From assembly GCA_045639225.1 (NCBI GenBank), contig JAZUCR010000697.1, positions 1-44,597 of the forward strand: 44,597 nucleotides of DNA, in the 5' to 3' direction. The notes below the pieces were generated by a model that saw only the letters and a list, made by a program, of their open reading frames with translations, was not told the origin of the DNA and ran no database searches. This document shows, one piece after another, positions 16,849-27,700 of this stretch. Position numbers and translations under genes: made by a program. The DNA comes from Victivallales bacterium (GTDB lineage: Bacteria; Verrucomicrobiota; Lentisphaeria; Victivallales; UBA1829). Numbering within the stretch: the stretch's first letter is position 1; each line of letters starts with the position of its first letter.

Positions 16849-18042
16849 TCAAGTTTTCGGCAATTCTTTGATGAATTCGCCGATTTTCTGCAGAGCTTCC
16901 TTGATGCCTTCCATGGATGTGGCATATGAACAGCGGACAAAACCTTCGCCGCAGGGTCCGAATGCGGAACCCGGAACCACCGCCACTTTCTTGCTCATCA
17001 GGAGCTGTCTGGCAAACTCCATCGAACTCAGACCGGTGGAAGTGATGTTCGGGAATACATAAAATGCACCTTCCGGCTTGAAACAATGCAGTCCCATGGA
17101 ATTGAAACCTTCCACGATCACATTGCGGCGGTCGCGGTATTCCATGCGCATGGCTTCCATATCAGGCCGTCCGGAACGCAGGGCTTCGAGAGCTGCTTCC
17201 TGGGCGGTGATCGGAGCACAGAGCATCGAATACTGATGGATCTTCATCATGGCATCGATGATTTCGGCGGGACCGCAGGCATAACCGATCCGGAAACCGG
17301 TCATGGCAAAGGCTTTGGAAAAACCGTGCAGGAAAACGGTGCGTTCCTTCATGCCGGGCAGGGAGGCGATCGGCGGAGTCATGGGTCCGTAAGTAAGTTC
17401 GGAATAGATATGGTCTGCGAGGACGATCAAATCATGTTTGATCGCGATATCAGCCAGCCTGCGGGTTTGTTCCATGGTGAGCGTAGCGCCGGTGGGATTG
17501 CAGGGAAAATTCAGCAGGATCGCCCGGGTTTTCGGGGTAATGGCCTTTTCCAGATCGTCGGGATCGAGCGAAAAATCGTTTTCTTCACGGGTCTCCACCG
17601 CCACCGGCACACCGTGCGCCATTTTCACCTCGGCATTGTAGGAAACATAGCAGGGTTCATGATAAATGATCTCATCGCCGGGGCTGGTAATGGCGCGGAT
17701 GACCAGATCCAGCGCCTCGCTGACTCCGACCGTGACGATACATTCGCTGGCTGGGTCATAACGAACGTCGAAATCAGACTCCACATACTTGCAGATCTCC
17801 TTGCGCAGCGGCAGCATTCCGAGGTTGGAAGTATAATGAGTATGACCTCGTTCGATGGAATAAAGTGCATTTTCGCGGATGTTCCACGGCGTAACGAAAT
17901 CCGGTTCACCGATCCCGAGCGAAACCACATCCTTCATGGTGCTGACCAGGTCGAAGAAATCGCGGATGCCGCTCTTGGGAAGCGAAGCGATATGAGGCGC
18001 CACCAGCGGGCGTTTTTCAGGGTGTGACTTGGAGCCGTTCAT
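16849..18042 (-). CDS. Class I/II pyridoxal-phosphate aminotransferase (aspartate/alanine aminotransferase-like)
   Basis: GEPDF, NPTGA, and the PLP-lysine motif SKAFAMTGFRIGY. 397 aa. GGAGGAGGAGG RBS inside the 3' end of the upstream Lrp gene (26-nt overlap). Confidence 0.9.
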   Translation of the reverse strand: MNGSKSHPEKRPLVAPHIASLPKSGIRDFFDLVSTMKDVVSLGIGEPDFVTPWNIRENALYSIERGHTHYTSNLGMLPLRKEICKYVESDFDVRYDPASECIVTVGVSEALDLVIRAITSPGDEIIYHEPCYVSYNAEVKMAHGVPVAVETREENDFSLDPDDLEKAITPKTRAILLNFPCNPTGATLTMEQTRRLADIAIKHDLIVLADHIYSELTYGPMTPPIASLPGMKERTVFLHGFSKAFAMTGFRIGYACGPAEIIDAMMKIHQYSMLCAPITAQEAALEALRSGRPDMEAMRMEYRDRRNVIVEGFNSMGLHCFKPEGAFYVFPNITSTGLSSMEFARQLLMSKKVAVVPGSAFGPCGEGFVRCSYATSMEGIKEALQKIGEFIKELPKT

Positions 18043-18514
18043 GATCGTCCTCCTCCTCCATCAGTTTACCCGCTTCCTTGTATTTTTTCAGGAGAAAATG
18101 GGTGGATGTCGACAACACGCCGTCGATTGTGGACAACTTGCTGGAGACAAAATAAGCCACTTCATTGAGGGTCCGACCCTTGATTTCGAGCTGAAGATCG
18201 TAGGAACCGGACATGAGATAAAGGGATGAAACCTGCGGAAAACGGCTGAGACGGCGGGCAATTTTATCAAAACCGCCTTCCCGTTCCGGCTTGACTTTGA
18301 CCTCGATAATGGCTTTCACGGCATTTTCAGGCAGTTCGGTTTCATTGAAAATGGCCTGATAACCGATAATGACGTTTTCCTCTTCCAGAATTCGAATTTC
18401 CTTTTCGACTTCCGCGGCGGCTGCGTCGATTCTTTCGGCGATCTCTTCTGCCGTCAGACGTCCGTTTTCGCCGAGAAGACGCAAAATGTTTCTTCTCAAT
18501 TCTGTTTTTTCCAT
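18017..18514 (-). CDS. Lrp/AsnC-family transcriptional regulator
   Basis: N-terminal HTH (ILRLLGENGRLTAEEIAERI) followed by an AsnC-type ligand-binding domain (AIIEVKV...VSSLYLMSGSYDLQLEI). Confidence 0.85.
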   Translation of the reverse strand: MEKTELRRNILRLLGENGRLTAEEIAERIDAAAAEVEKEIRILEEENVIIGYQAIFNETELPENAVKAIIEVKVKPEREGGFDKIARRLSRFPQVSSLYLMSGSYDLQLEIKGRTLNEVAYFVSSKLSTIDGVLSTSTHFLLKKYKEAGKLMEEEDDHERLQVTP

Positions 18515-18581
18515 ATCAATAACTCCCTTTGAATGATGGAGTCATCAATATACAGCGTTTTTATGAAAAAACAATGATCTC

Positions 18582-19499
18582 TCAACGGAAAAAGATGAGA
18601 AAAAGATAAATCAGAGCGGCGAGGGGAGCAGTTACGAACAAGCTGTCCACCAGATCGAAAACACCGCCGATGCCCGGGATGGTGGTGCCGGAATCCTTTA
18701 CTTTGGCTGCCCGTTTGAGCACGGATTCCATCAAATCACCGGCCATGCTGCCGAAAAACATCAGGATGCCGGTAATCACGGCAACCGGGATGGATCTTAC
18801 GACCACAGCCTTCGGCAGCAGACAGTGAAAAATCAAAGCCAGCCCGACAGTGATGATCAGACCGGCCGCGGCTCCTTCCCAGGATTTCCCCGGACTGATG
18901 GAAGGAACCATCTTGTGATTGCCGCCTTTCATCAGCTTGTTGCTGACCGTTCCGACCACATAAGCTCCGATATCGCCGATCTTGGTCAGCAGAACAAAAA
19001 TCAGAAAATAATAATTGAACCTATAAATGGAAGAATTCCGTTCCGCAGACGCATCCCCTATCAGATAAATTCCCATAATAAACAGAACAGGAAGGAGGAC
19101 GAAAAAAGAAATTCCCATCGAATTGAACAGTTTTTTGATTTTTTCACCGGAATTTTTGGAAAAAAGGATAAACAGCGGGCCGCCAAGTGCAATACTGAAC
19201 AGAAGGGCATAACCTATTGCGGATAAAATTCCTGAAATACTTGGACGGTAATTCGAGAAAATGAGGCAAAAATTGAAGTTGATCAGAAAAATGATCAGCA
19301 TGCAAAGGGAAGCTGATATATTTTTGAAAGTTTCCATACCGAGATTGTTGACGATATCGCAGATTTCCCGCACCAGGGCAAACGTGAGCAATGTGCTCAG
19401 CAGCAGAAATACGATTTTATTCACAGGAGACGGTGCAAAAATGGCCGCACCGAACAGAGCGAGCAGTATGATAGTGCTGAATAAACGTCTTATAAACAT
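18582..19499 (-). CDS. cdsA: Phosphatidate cytidylyltransferase
   Basis: Polytopic membrane protein with SPGKSWEGAAAG and GDLMESVLKRAAKVKDSGTTIPGIGGVFD. The start is set at the ATG at 19499, preceded by GGAGG, directly after the uppS stop. Confidence 0.85.
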   Translation of the reverse strand: MFIRRLFSTIILLALFGAAIFAPSPVNKIVFLLLSTLLTFALVREICDIVNNLGMETFKNISASLCMLIIFLINFNFCLIFSNYRPSISGILSAIGYALLFSIALGGPLFILFSKNSGEKIKKLFNSMGISFFVLLPVLFIMGIYLIGDASAERNSSIYRFNYYFLIFVLLTKIGDIGAYVVGTVSNKLMKGGNHKMVPSISPGKSWEGAAAGLIITVGLALIFHCLLPKAVVVRSIPVAVITGILMFFGSMAGDLMESVLKRAAKVKDSGTTIPGIGGVFDLVDSLFVTAPLAALIYLFLIFFR

Positions 19500-19500
19500 G

Positions 19501-20211
19501 TTATCGTCCTCCGAATCTGCGGTTTCTGGTTTGAAAGGCATCGATTGCCTTATTCAACTCGGCCAGATCGAAATCCGGCCAGTATGTATCTGTCACATAA
19601 ATTTCCGAATAGGAAAGTTCCCAGAGCAGGAAATTGCTCAAACGGAGTTCGCCGCTGGTACGGATCAGCAGATCAGGATCCGGAACTTCCGGCAGATAAA
19701 GGTTTTGCGCAAACAGCTTTTCATCGATCTGATCCGGATCGATTTCGCCTTTCAACACTTTGTGAGCAATTTTTTTTGCGGCGTCGGCAATTTCGGCCCG
19801 GCCGCCGTAATTCAAGGCAAAAATTACGGTTCCGCTGGAATTCCCCGCACTTTTCCGGATGGCTTCCTTCAATTTTTCACGTGCTTTTTCCGGCAGACCT
19901 TCGATCCGGCCGGTAACCAGAAGGCGGACATCATTTTCCATCAGAAGCTGAAGATTGGCATCTATGAATTCGACCAGAAGTGACATCAGGGCATCGACTT
20001 CTTCTTTGGAACGTTTCCAATTTTCCGTGCTGAAAGCATATAGTGTAAGATATCGAATACCAGTCTGTTTCAGTGATTCAACCAGATTTTTGACCGCCAC
20101 GGCTCCGGCCCGGTGTCCTTCGACCCGTTCCAGACCGCGCTGTTTGGCCCAACGGCCGTTTCCATCCATGATGATGGCTACGTGATGGGGAATGATCCGC
20201 TTATTTTCCAT
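19501..20211 (-). CDS. uppS: Isoprenyl transferase (undecaprenyl-diphosphate synthase)
   Basis: HVAIIMDGNGRWAKQRG, LTLYAFSTENWKR, IRTSGELRLSNFLLWELSYSE. The start is set at the ATG at 20211, preceded by GGAGGAAAATTTCT. Confidence 0.9.
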   Translation of the reverse strand: MENKRIIPHHVAIIMDGNGRWAKQRGLERVEGHRAGAVAVKNLVESLKQTGIRYLTLYAFSTENWKRSKEEVDALMSLLVEFIDANLQLLMENDVRLLVTGRIEGLPEKAREKLKEAIRKSAGNSSGTVIFALNYGGRAEIADAAKKIAHKVLKGEIDPDQIDEKLFAQNLYLPEVPDPDLLIRTSGELRLSNFLLWELSYSEIYVTDTYWPDFDLAELNKAIDAFQTRNRRFGGR

Positions 20212-20848
20212 AGAAATTTTCCTCCAGCATGGAGCAAAGACAATGATAGAGAGGCAGATGCAGTTCCTGGACCTTGTAGGTTTCAGATTCCGGGACATGG
20301 ATCACCAGATCTGCAAAGGGTTCGCAGCGGCCCGGACGGCTGCCGGTCAGCAGGATCGTTGTGATGCTCCGCGCACGCGCTACTTTAAATAGATTACAGA
20401 TATTCTCCGCATTGCCCGAAGTGGTTATTCCTATCACTGCATCGCCCGATCTCCCCAGAACAAACAGCTGCTGGGCAAAGATCATCGAAGGATCGACATC
20501 ATTCATAAATGCCGTATTCAACGCAGGATGCGATATAAGAGAAATACACCGGAGACCCATCTGGAGCTTGTCGGCAAGTGCATCGTCACCCGTCCGGCGG
20601 CGGAAGGTGTTTTTCATAACATCATTCAAAGGACGCGGCAGAAGAAATCCCTTCATCATTTCGCCCACGATATGCTCCGCATCAGCCGCACTGCCGCCAT
20701 TTCCGGCACAAAATAACGTTTTGTCATTGACAAAACAGATTTTCAGTGCTAAATATACCTTGTCCAGACTTTCGGCAACGGGTTCCAGAACCGGATACCT
20801 GGACACCAGCTCTTTGATATATCGTTCGGATGTGATGTCAGTAAACAT
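20201..20848 (-). CDS. gmhA: SIS-domain phosphoheptose isomerase (GmhA/DiaA family)
   Basis: CGNGGSAADAEHIVGE, GITTSGNAENI, and ILLTGS. The start is set at the ATG at 20848 (MFTDITS...), which gives the usual GmhA length. The track ORF begins at a TTG at 20932. Confidence 0.75.
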   Translation of the reverse strand: MFTDITSERYIKELVSRYPVLEPVAESLDKVYLALKICFVNDKTLFCAGNGGSAADAEHIVGEMMKGFLLPRPLNDVMKNTFRRRTGDDALADKLQMGLRCISLISHPALNTAFMNDVDPSMIFAQQLFVLGRSGDAVIGITTSGNAENICNLFKVARARSITTILLTGSRPGRCEPFADLVIHVPESETYKVQELHLPLYHCLCSMLEENFYGK

Positions 20849-20983
20849 GTTGATAACCTTGTTAAATGCTGTTCGGATCTTGTTCTCAATTGATTTGTCT
20901 ATCAATAGAGCATGGTTTATCGAAAATTGCAAAACAAAAAGTCAACAAAATCAAAAAAAATGAACTGAACTTGAAAAAAGAGT

Positions 20984-21023
20984 TTATTCACAATATTGAC
21001 ATCCATAATAATGATGATATATT
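20984..21023 (+). promoter_or_regulatory. Possible dnaN promoter with one DnaA-box-like 9-mer
   Basis: TTATTCACA (20984-20992) fits TTATNCACA. TTGACA (20996-21001) is followed by 16 nt and then TATATT (21018-21023), about 55 nt upstream of the dnaN start. Confidence 0.3.
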
Positions 21024-21077
21024 ACCTTAGGAAAAGATAAATAAATAACCAGTATGGTATTGGGGAAAGAGGTCAAC

Positions 21078-22178
21078 ATGAAAGTCAATTTGAAGAAAGA
21101 TGCGCTGCTGAAAGCGCTGGTGAAGGTAAGCAACATCATTCCGAACCGGACAACTCTTCCGGTTCTTGCCAATGTGCTGCTTGAAGCTGAAAACGGAAAA
21201 CTTACTCTTACGACCACCGATCTGGAACTGCGGATCACCACGACAATAGAAGCGGAAGTGGAGGCTCCCGGAGTGACGACTTTGCCGGCAAAACGTCTGC
21301 TTGGCCTGGTTTCCAAGTTCAAAGGTGAAAATCTGATGATGGAATCCAATGAAAAACATCATACGAAAATCTGTTGCGGCACGGCGAATTTCATGATCCT
21401 GGGTCTGACTCCGGAAGATTTCCCCGTTCCGGTGGATTTCCAGCCGCTGCGCAGCATCAAGCTCAAACAGCCTGATTTTGCCCGCGTTCTCGACCGGATC
21501 TCCTATGCTGTAAGCATCGATGATTCCAGAAAAGTCCTTCAGGGTATTCTGCTTTCGATCAAAGAAGGCAATATGACTGCGGTTGCCACCGACGGAAAAC
21601 GCCTGGCGCTGGTCGAAAAGCTTCTGGAAGGCACCGCCGAAGGTGCCGACGGCGATGTGATCATCACCATCAAGGTTGCCAATGAAGTCAAACGCATTCT
21701 GGAAAAAGAAGGCGAAGTTCAGATGGAGATCGGTGAAAAACAGGTTGTGTTCCGTCTGAATGAGACCGTGATCTTCTCGAAGCTGATCGAAGGCAACTAT
21801 CCGAATTACCGTCAGGTCATTCCGGCCGGCTTCAACAAGAAGATCTCGGTTCCGACCGGTGATTTTGTGGATGCTCTGGAAATCGTCAGCATTCCGCTCA
21901 GCGATGCTTCTTCTTCCTTCGTCAAGATTACTTTCACGGACAATAAACTGGTGTTCGAAGCGAACAGCAATATCGGTGAAGGTAAGGAATATATCAATAT
22001 CGAGTATGCGGATCAGGAAGATATTTCCCTGTCTTTCAATCCGCAGCTGCTGGCCGATCCGTTCAAACATATCGGTGTCGATAATGTGATCGTCAAGATC
22101 AATGATGCATTCAGCCCGATTGCCCTGGAAAGCGGCGACGGTTTCCTGTATGTCATCATGCCGATGAGAAACAAATAA
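21078..22178 (+). CDS. dnaN: DNA polymerase III beta sliding clamp
   Basis: MKVNLKKDALLKALVKVSNIIPNRTTLPVLANVLLEAENGKLTLTTTDLELRI..., about 366 aa, ending in YVIMPMR. Confidence 0.93.
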   Translation: MKVNLKKDALLKALVKVSNIIPNRTTLPVLANVLLEAENGKLTLTTTDLELRITTTIEAEVEAPGVTTLPAKRLLGLVSKFKGENLMMESNEKHHTKICCGTANFMILGLTPEDFPVPVDFQPLRSIKLKQPDFARVLDRISYAVSIDDSRKVLQGILLSIKEGNMTAVATDGKRLALVEKLLEGTAEGADGDVIITIKVANEVKRILEKEGEVQMEIGEKQVVFRLNETVIFSKLIEGNYPNYRQVIPAGFNKKISVPTGDFVDALEIVSIPLSDASSSFVKITFTDNKLVFEANSNIGEGKEYINIEYADQEDISLSFNPQLLADPFKHIGVDNVIVKINDAFSPIALESGDGFLYVIMPMRNK

Positions 22179-22204
22179 GTTCTCCGGACTGTTCGAAAAC
22201 GATC

Positions 22205-22243
22205 TTCTGCCGGGTTTTCGGATCCGGCAGAAATATTTTTTTC
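22205..22243 (+). terminator. Rho-independent terminator after dnaN
   Basis: TTCTGCCGG (22205-22213) pairs with CCGGCAGAA (22224-22232) as a 9-bp stem with a 10-nt loop, followed by ATATTTTTTT. Confidence 0.65.
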
Positions 22244-22257
22244 AAGGACGGCTGATT

Positions 22258-23343
22258 ATGATAATAGAGTCTCTCAAGCTCGAAAATTTCAGAAATATCA
22301 GCCGCGCCGAACTGCAGTTCGATTCCGATGCTGTTTTTTTCGAAGGGGGCAACGGTCAGGGAAAAACTTCTCTGCTGGAAGCAGTTTTTTACGTGGCCAA
22401 TCTGCGTTCGTTCCGAACCTTGAAAATAAATGAGCTGAAAAAACTGGGCTGTCCCTCTTTTCATTTATCGCTTTCATTTCTGAAAAAGCAAGGCTGGAAA
22501 TCGCAGCTTGAGGTCGATTGCGGTTTGGTGCGCACCTTGCAGGCCGACCGGGTCCCGGTCAGTAAAGCCAGTGATTTTACCGGCAAGATCAAAACCATCG
22601 CTTTTCTGCCGGACGATCCTTTGATCATCAGCGGTCCGTCTCTGCTGCGCCGCCGTTTTTTCGATATGTTCATTTCCCTGCTGGACCGAAGCTATTTCAT
22701 GGATCTGCAGAATTATCTCCAGTCATTAAGGTCACGGAATATTCTGCTGAAAAATCATAACTGCAACTTGGATATTCTGCGTTCCTACTCGACCGTGCTG
22801 GCTTCTTCCGGATCTGAGATTGTCCGGAAAAGGGCCAAATATGTCGAGCTCATCTGTGGTTTGATGAAAAAGCTTTTTGAAGAATTGTATCCCTCCTTAT
22901 CCAATTTTGAAATCAGAATGGATTACACAAAGGAAACGTTCGAACCGGAGTCTTACCTGAAAAAAGCAGAAAACGACCTGAAACGCGACCTGCAGCGCGG
23001 ATTTACCACGTTCGGGCCGCATCTGGATGATTTCGAGTTTCTTTTTGACGGAAAATCAATGCGTGCTTTCGGTTCACGCGGACAATGCCGGATGACCTCG
23101 CTGATTTTGAAATTGGCGGAACTCGATGCTGTCCGCGAGGTCAGCGGTGCCTTGAATGATACGGTGGTGCTGGTCGATGATGCGACTGCCGATCTCGATC
23201 TGCATGCCCGGCAGGCTTTTTCGGAAAAAATCCGCACTGCCGGACAGGTTTTCTTTGCTTTCACTGAAATTCCGCCGGAATTCGAACTGGAAAAAGCCAA
23301 TCATTTCAAGGTCAAATCCGGGGAAATTGAAAAATCAAATTAA
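22258..23343 (+). CDS. recF: DNA replication and repair protein RecF
   Basis: LKLENFRNI, Walker A GGNGQGKTSLLEA, signature-like region, and Walker B VVLVDDATADLD. 361 aa, directly downstream of dnaN. Confidence 0.9.
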   Translation: MIIESLKLENFRNISRAELQFDSDAVFFEGGNGQGKTSLLEAVFYVANLRSFRTLKINELKKLGCPSFHLSLSFLKKQGWKSQLEVDCGLVRTLQADRVPVSKASDFTGKIKTIAFLPDDPLIISGPSLLRRRFFDMFISLLDRSYFMDLQNYLQSLRSRNILLKNHNCNLDILRSYSTVLASSGSEIVRKRAKYVELICGLMKKLFEELYPSLSNFEIRMDYTKETFEPESYLKKAENDLKRDLQRGFTTFGPHLDDFEFLFDGKSMRAFGSRGQCRMTSLILKLAELDAVREVSGALNDTVVLVDDATADLDLHARQAFSEKIRTAGQVFFAFTEIPPEFELEKANHFKVKSGEIEKSN

Positions 23344-24714
23344 CTGTTTTCCGATCAATTCCGCAGTCTGTTTGGCGTTGGCCATGGAACGCACCACAAG
23401 GGAGGCTCCCGTTACGCAGTCTCCGGCCGCATAAATTAGTTTTTCAGGGTTTGCAATGATGCCGTTTCGAGCTGAAAGTTCCAGATCCAATTCTTCGACA
23501 ATGCCGTTTTTCGGAACTCCGGTGAATCCCATTGCCAGCAGAATCAAATCGGCTTCGATGAGCTTGGAACTGTTCGGCACCGTCTCCGGTTTGAGCGGTT
23601 TTCCTTCAGGTGAAAAAGTCCATTTCACTTCGTGCACTTCCACTCCGGAAACTTTTCCTTTTTCTCCGATGAAACGGTCGCTGGCTATATTCCATTCCCG
23701 CATACAGCCTTCCTTGTGGCTGGAACTGGTCCGCAGCATCCACGGCCAGTTCGGCCACGGAGTCGACTCGGAACGTTTTTCCGGCGGCTGTGGCATGATC
23801 TCGATCTGTCTCACACTTTTCGCTCCCTGCCGGATGGCAGTTCCTGCGCAGTCGCTTCCCGTGTCGCCGCCACCGATGATCAACACGTCTTTTCCGGCTG
23901 CAGTGACCGGAAGCGAGCTCGATTCACCTGAATTTACGCGGTTCTGTCCCTGCAGGAATTCCAATGCAAAATGAATGCCGTTCAGCTCGCGGCCGGGAAT
24001 GACCAGATCCCTCGCCTGCGGCGTGCCGATCGCCAGGACGACTGCATCGTAAGTGCGCAGCAGATAAGCGGCGGAAATATCTTTGCCGATCCGCGTATCC
24101 GTTACGAATCTGATCCCGGACGCTTCCATGACGGCGATCCGGCGGTCGATCACGGATTTGTTCAATTTGAAATCCGGTATGCCGAAACGAAGCAGGCCGC
24201 CGGGACGATGATTAGCCTCGAAAACCGTTACGGAAAAACCTTTCCGGTTGAGTGCTTCCGCCGAAACCAGACCGGACGGACCGCTGCCGACAACTGCTAT
24301 TTTTTTCCCGTTTCTTGAGCTTGGAATCACAGGTTTGACCAATCCGGATTCGAAGGCCTTTTCAATAATCATTTTCTCGCATTGACGGATCATGACAGCC
24401 TCGTCGCTGACTCCGTTGCAGCAGGATCCTTCGCAGAGTGCCGGACACACCCGGCAGGTGAACTCGGGAAAGAAACTGGTCTGGGAGAGAATTTCATACG
24501 CGGTTTTCCAGTTGCCTTCCGCCGCTGCGGAATTGAAGTCGGGAATCTGGTTGAAAAGCGGGCATCCTGCGCCGTGGCAGAACGGAATGCCGCAGTTATG
24601 GCAGCGGTTCATCTGCTGCCGGATCTCAGCCTCGGAAAAAATCCGTTCCACTTCCTGAAAATCGAGCTTGCGCTGTTCGATCGGACGGTAAATATCGTGA
24701 ATTCTGGTTTGCAT
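23335..24714 (-). CDS. gltD: Glutamate synthase small (beta) subunit, NAD(P)H-dependent
   Basis: MQTRIHDIYRP..., Cys clusters CHNCGIPFCH and CPALCEGSC, and dinucleotide folds VAVVGSGPSGL and VLIIGGGDTGSDC. The start at 24714 lies immediately after the gltB stop (24716). Confidence 0.9.
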   Translation of the reverse strand: MQTRIHDIYRPIEQRKLDFQEVERIFSEAEIRQQMNRCHNCGIPFCHGAGCPLFNQIPDFNSAAAEGNWKTAYEILSQTSFFPEFTCRVCPALCEGSCCNGVSDEAVMIRQCEKMIIEKAFESGLVKPVIPSSRNGKKIAVVGSGPSGLVSAEALNRKGFSVTVFEANHRPGGLLRFGIPDFKLNKSVIDRRIAVMEASGIRFVTDTRIGKDISAAYLLRTYDAVVLAIGTPQARDLVIPGRELNGIHFALEFLQGQNRVNSGESSSLPVTAAGKDVLIIGGGDTGSDCAGTAIRQGAKSVRQIEIMPQPPEKRSESTPWPNWPWMLRTSSSHKEGCMREWNIASDRFIGEKGKVSGVEVHEVKWTFSPEGKPLKPETVPNSSKLIEADLILLAMGFTGVPKNGIVEELDLELSARNGIIANPEKLIYAAGDCVTGASLVVRSMANAKQTAELIGKQLI

Positions 24715-24715
24715 G

Positions 24716-27700
24716 TCAGCAGTTTCCTTTGTTTTTGAGTGCGTTGCGGTATTCGACCGGGAAGACACGGACGAATTTTTCCCGATATTGTTCCCAATCT
24801 GCAAGCATGTCCGCGGCTTTCCTGCTGCCGGTCGCATCGTAATGTTCCTGGATCAGATTTTTGAGCTCGCTTTCACCCTCGCTTCCCGGTTCGATGCTTT
24901 CCAGGTCGATCCCGTCCGAATTGCACGAAAGATCGAAATGACCGTTTTCATCATAAACATAAGCCAGACCGCCGGTCATACCTGCTGCAAAATTGACCCC
25001 GACGCGGCCCAGGATCACCACCCGTCCGCCGGTCATGTATTCGCAGCCGTGGTCGCCGATGCCTTCGGCGACCAGTGTCATGCCGCTGTTGCGGATGGCG
25101 AAACGTTCGCCTGCGATGCCGTTGATGAAGATTTTTCCCGACGTGCCGCCGTAACCGATAACGTTTCCGGCGATCACGTTGTTCTCTGCCGGATAATCTG
25201 CTTTCGGCGGTTTCCGGATCACGATTTTTCCGCCTGAAAGTCCTTTTCCGACAAAATCGTTAGCCTCGCCGGCGAGGGTGAGCGTGATGCCCGGCGCAAG
25301 GAAAGCGCCGAAGCTTTGACCCGCCGTTCCGGTCAGATTGATTTTTACCGTATCTTCCGGCAGTCCCGCCGATCCGTAACGGTCCGCCACCTCGCCGGAA
25401 AGTTCCGTTCCGACGGTGCGGTCGGCATTGCAGACAGTGACCTCCAACGTTTCTTTCGAACCGTCGAGTTTCAGTCTGTTCAGCAGATTTCTGCGGTCGA
25501 AATTCTCCAGCGGAATCTGAGGTCGTGCAGCGTTGAAATGTCTGGCTCCCTGCGGAGCGGGTTTCAGCAGATCGGTGAAATCCAGATTTTCCGTTTTGAA
25601 GAAATCGATCGCATGATTGGTTTCGAGCAGATCGCTTCGGCCGCAGGCTTCCTCCAGCGAGCGCAGACCGAGCTGAGCGAGATATTCCCGCACCTCGGCT
25701 GCAATGAACTTGAGGAAGTTGACGATATATTCCGGTTTTCCGGCGAAATTTTTCCGCAGCTCGGGATCCTGCGTGGCAACGCCCATCGGACAGGTGTTGC
25801 TGTGGCACTGCCGCATCATCACACAGCCGAGGCAGACCAGGATCGTGGTGGCAAACCCGAATTCCTCTGCGCCGAGCAGGGCGCCGATCACCACATCACG
25901 CCCGGTTTTGAGCTGGCCGTCCACCTGGATTTTGATGTTTTCACGCAGACCGTTCAGCACCAGAGTCTGCTGCGCTTCGGCAATGCCGAGTTCCCAGGGC
26001 AGACCGGCGTATTTGATGCTGGTGAGCGGTGAGGCACCGGTGCCGCCGTCGTGACCGGAGATCAGGACCACATCGGCTTTTGCTTTGGCGACTCCGGCGG
26101 CGACCGTGCCGACTCCGGGCTCGGAAACGAGCTTCACCGAGATGCGCGCCCGCGGATTGGCATTGTGCAGATCGTAGATCAGCTGCGCCAGATCTTCGAT
26201 CGAATAAATATCGTGATGCGGCGGCGGCGAGATCAGCGTAACGCCGGGCATCGAATGACGGATCTTAGCCACGAAATCATTGACCTTGTAACCGGGCAGC
26301 TGGCCGCCTTCGCCGGGCTTGGCTCCCTGCGCCATTTTGATTTGAATGTCTTTTGCATTGCGCAGATAATTGATCGTAACGCCGAAACGTCCGCTTGCGA
26401 CCTGTTTGATAGCGCTGTTGAACTCGGTTCCGAACCTTTCTCTGTTTTCGCCGCCTTCGCCGCAGTTGCTCATGGCGCCGCATTGATTCATGGCTTTGGC
26501 GATGGTCATATGCGCCTCGGGACTGAGGCTGCCCAGGCTCATCGCTCCGGAAACGAAATGTTTCAGGATGCTTTCCACCGGTTCGACTTCTTCGATTGGG
26601 ATCGGTTCCGTCTTTTTGAACTGGAAAAGACCGCGCAAGGTGCAGAGATGATGCGCCTGATCGTCGATCAGCTTCGAATATTCCTTGAACCTGGCATAAT
26701 CGCCTTTCTGAACAGCCTGCCGGAACGTGGCCAGCGACTGCGGATTCCAGAGATGGTCTTCACCGTCTTTTCGGTAACGGTATTGTCCGCCGGCAGGAAG
26801 CAGGGATGAAGCATAGTCTACATTCCCCGCCCGGGCAGCGGCATCCCGCGCGATTTCGGCCAGCCCGATCCCGCCGATGCGCGAAACCGTGCCGGGCAGA
26901 AATTCATCCAGGAACGCCCGGCTCAGACCGACCGCCTCGAATGCCTGCGCAGAACGGTAGCTGCGCAGCGTGGAAATGCCGAGCTTGGACATGATTTTCA
27001 AAAGCCCTTTGCCCACCGCATTGATATAATTGCCGGCCGCGGTGACCGGATCGACCGCGATTGCGCCCGAACGGGAAAGGGCGGTGACGGTTTCCAGCGC
27101 CAGATGCGGATTGATCGCCGTGGCGCCGTAGCCGAGCAGCAGAGCGAAATGCATGATTTCCCGTACTTCGCCGGACCGGATAATGATCCCGGTTTCAGGA
27201 CGCAGATCAGCCTCGATCAGGGCACGATTGACGGCGGAACAGGCCAGCAGACTGGGGATCGCCGCCATGCCCGGCGGCAGATCCTGATCGGAAAGGATCA
27301 GGATGCGTTCATCGGCGCGGGCCGCGGCCACCGCATTTTCGGCGAGCGTGCGCAAGGCCTGCCGCAAAGCCGTTTCACCGCCTCGGGCATCGAATCCGCA
27401 GGGGAGAACTCTCGAATGGAATCCGTGTGCACCGAAATTCTGCAGATGATTCAGTTCGTCGTCGGTGAGGATCGGACGGCGGAGTTTGATGAGCCGGGCG
27501 TGTTCCGGCGTTTCTTCCAGAATGTTGCCGTGGTTGCCGATGTAGGTCATCAGGCTCATGACCAGTTCTTCCCGGATCGGATCGATCGGCGGATTGGTTA
27601 CCTGCGCGAAAAGCTGCTTGAAATAGGCAAACAGCAGCTGCGGTTTGGCCGAAAGGACCGCCAGCGCGGCATCGTTGCCCATGGATCCGACCGGTTCCTT

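Noticed and set aside
21027-22070. 347-aa minus-strand ORF opposite dnaN, and similar long shadows opposite gltB, the kinase, the GH genes and the aminotransferase
   Set aside because: In each case the opposite strand encodes a protein with clear family signatures, and the shadow product is compositionally biased (Phe/Arg/Asp/Gly) without motifs.
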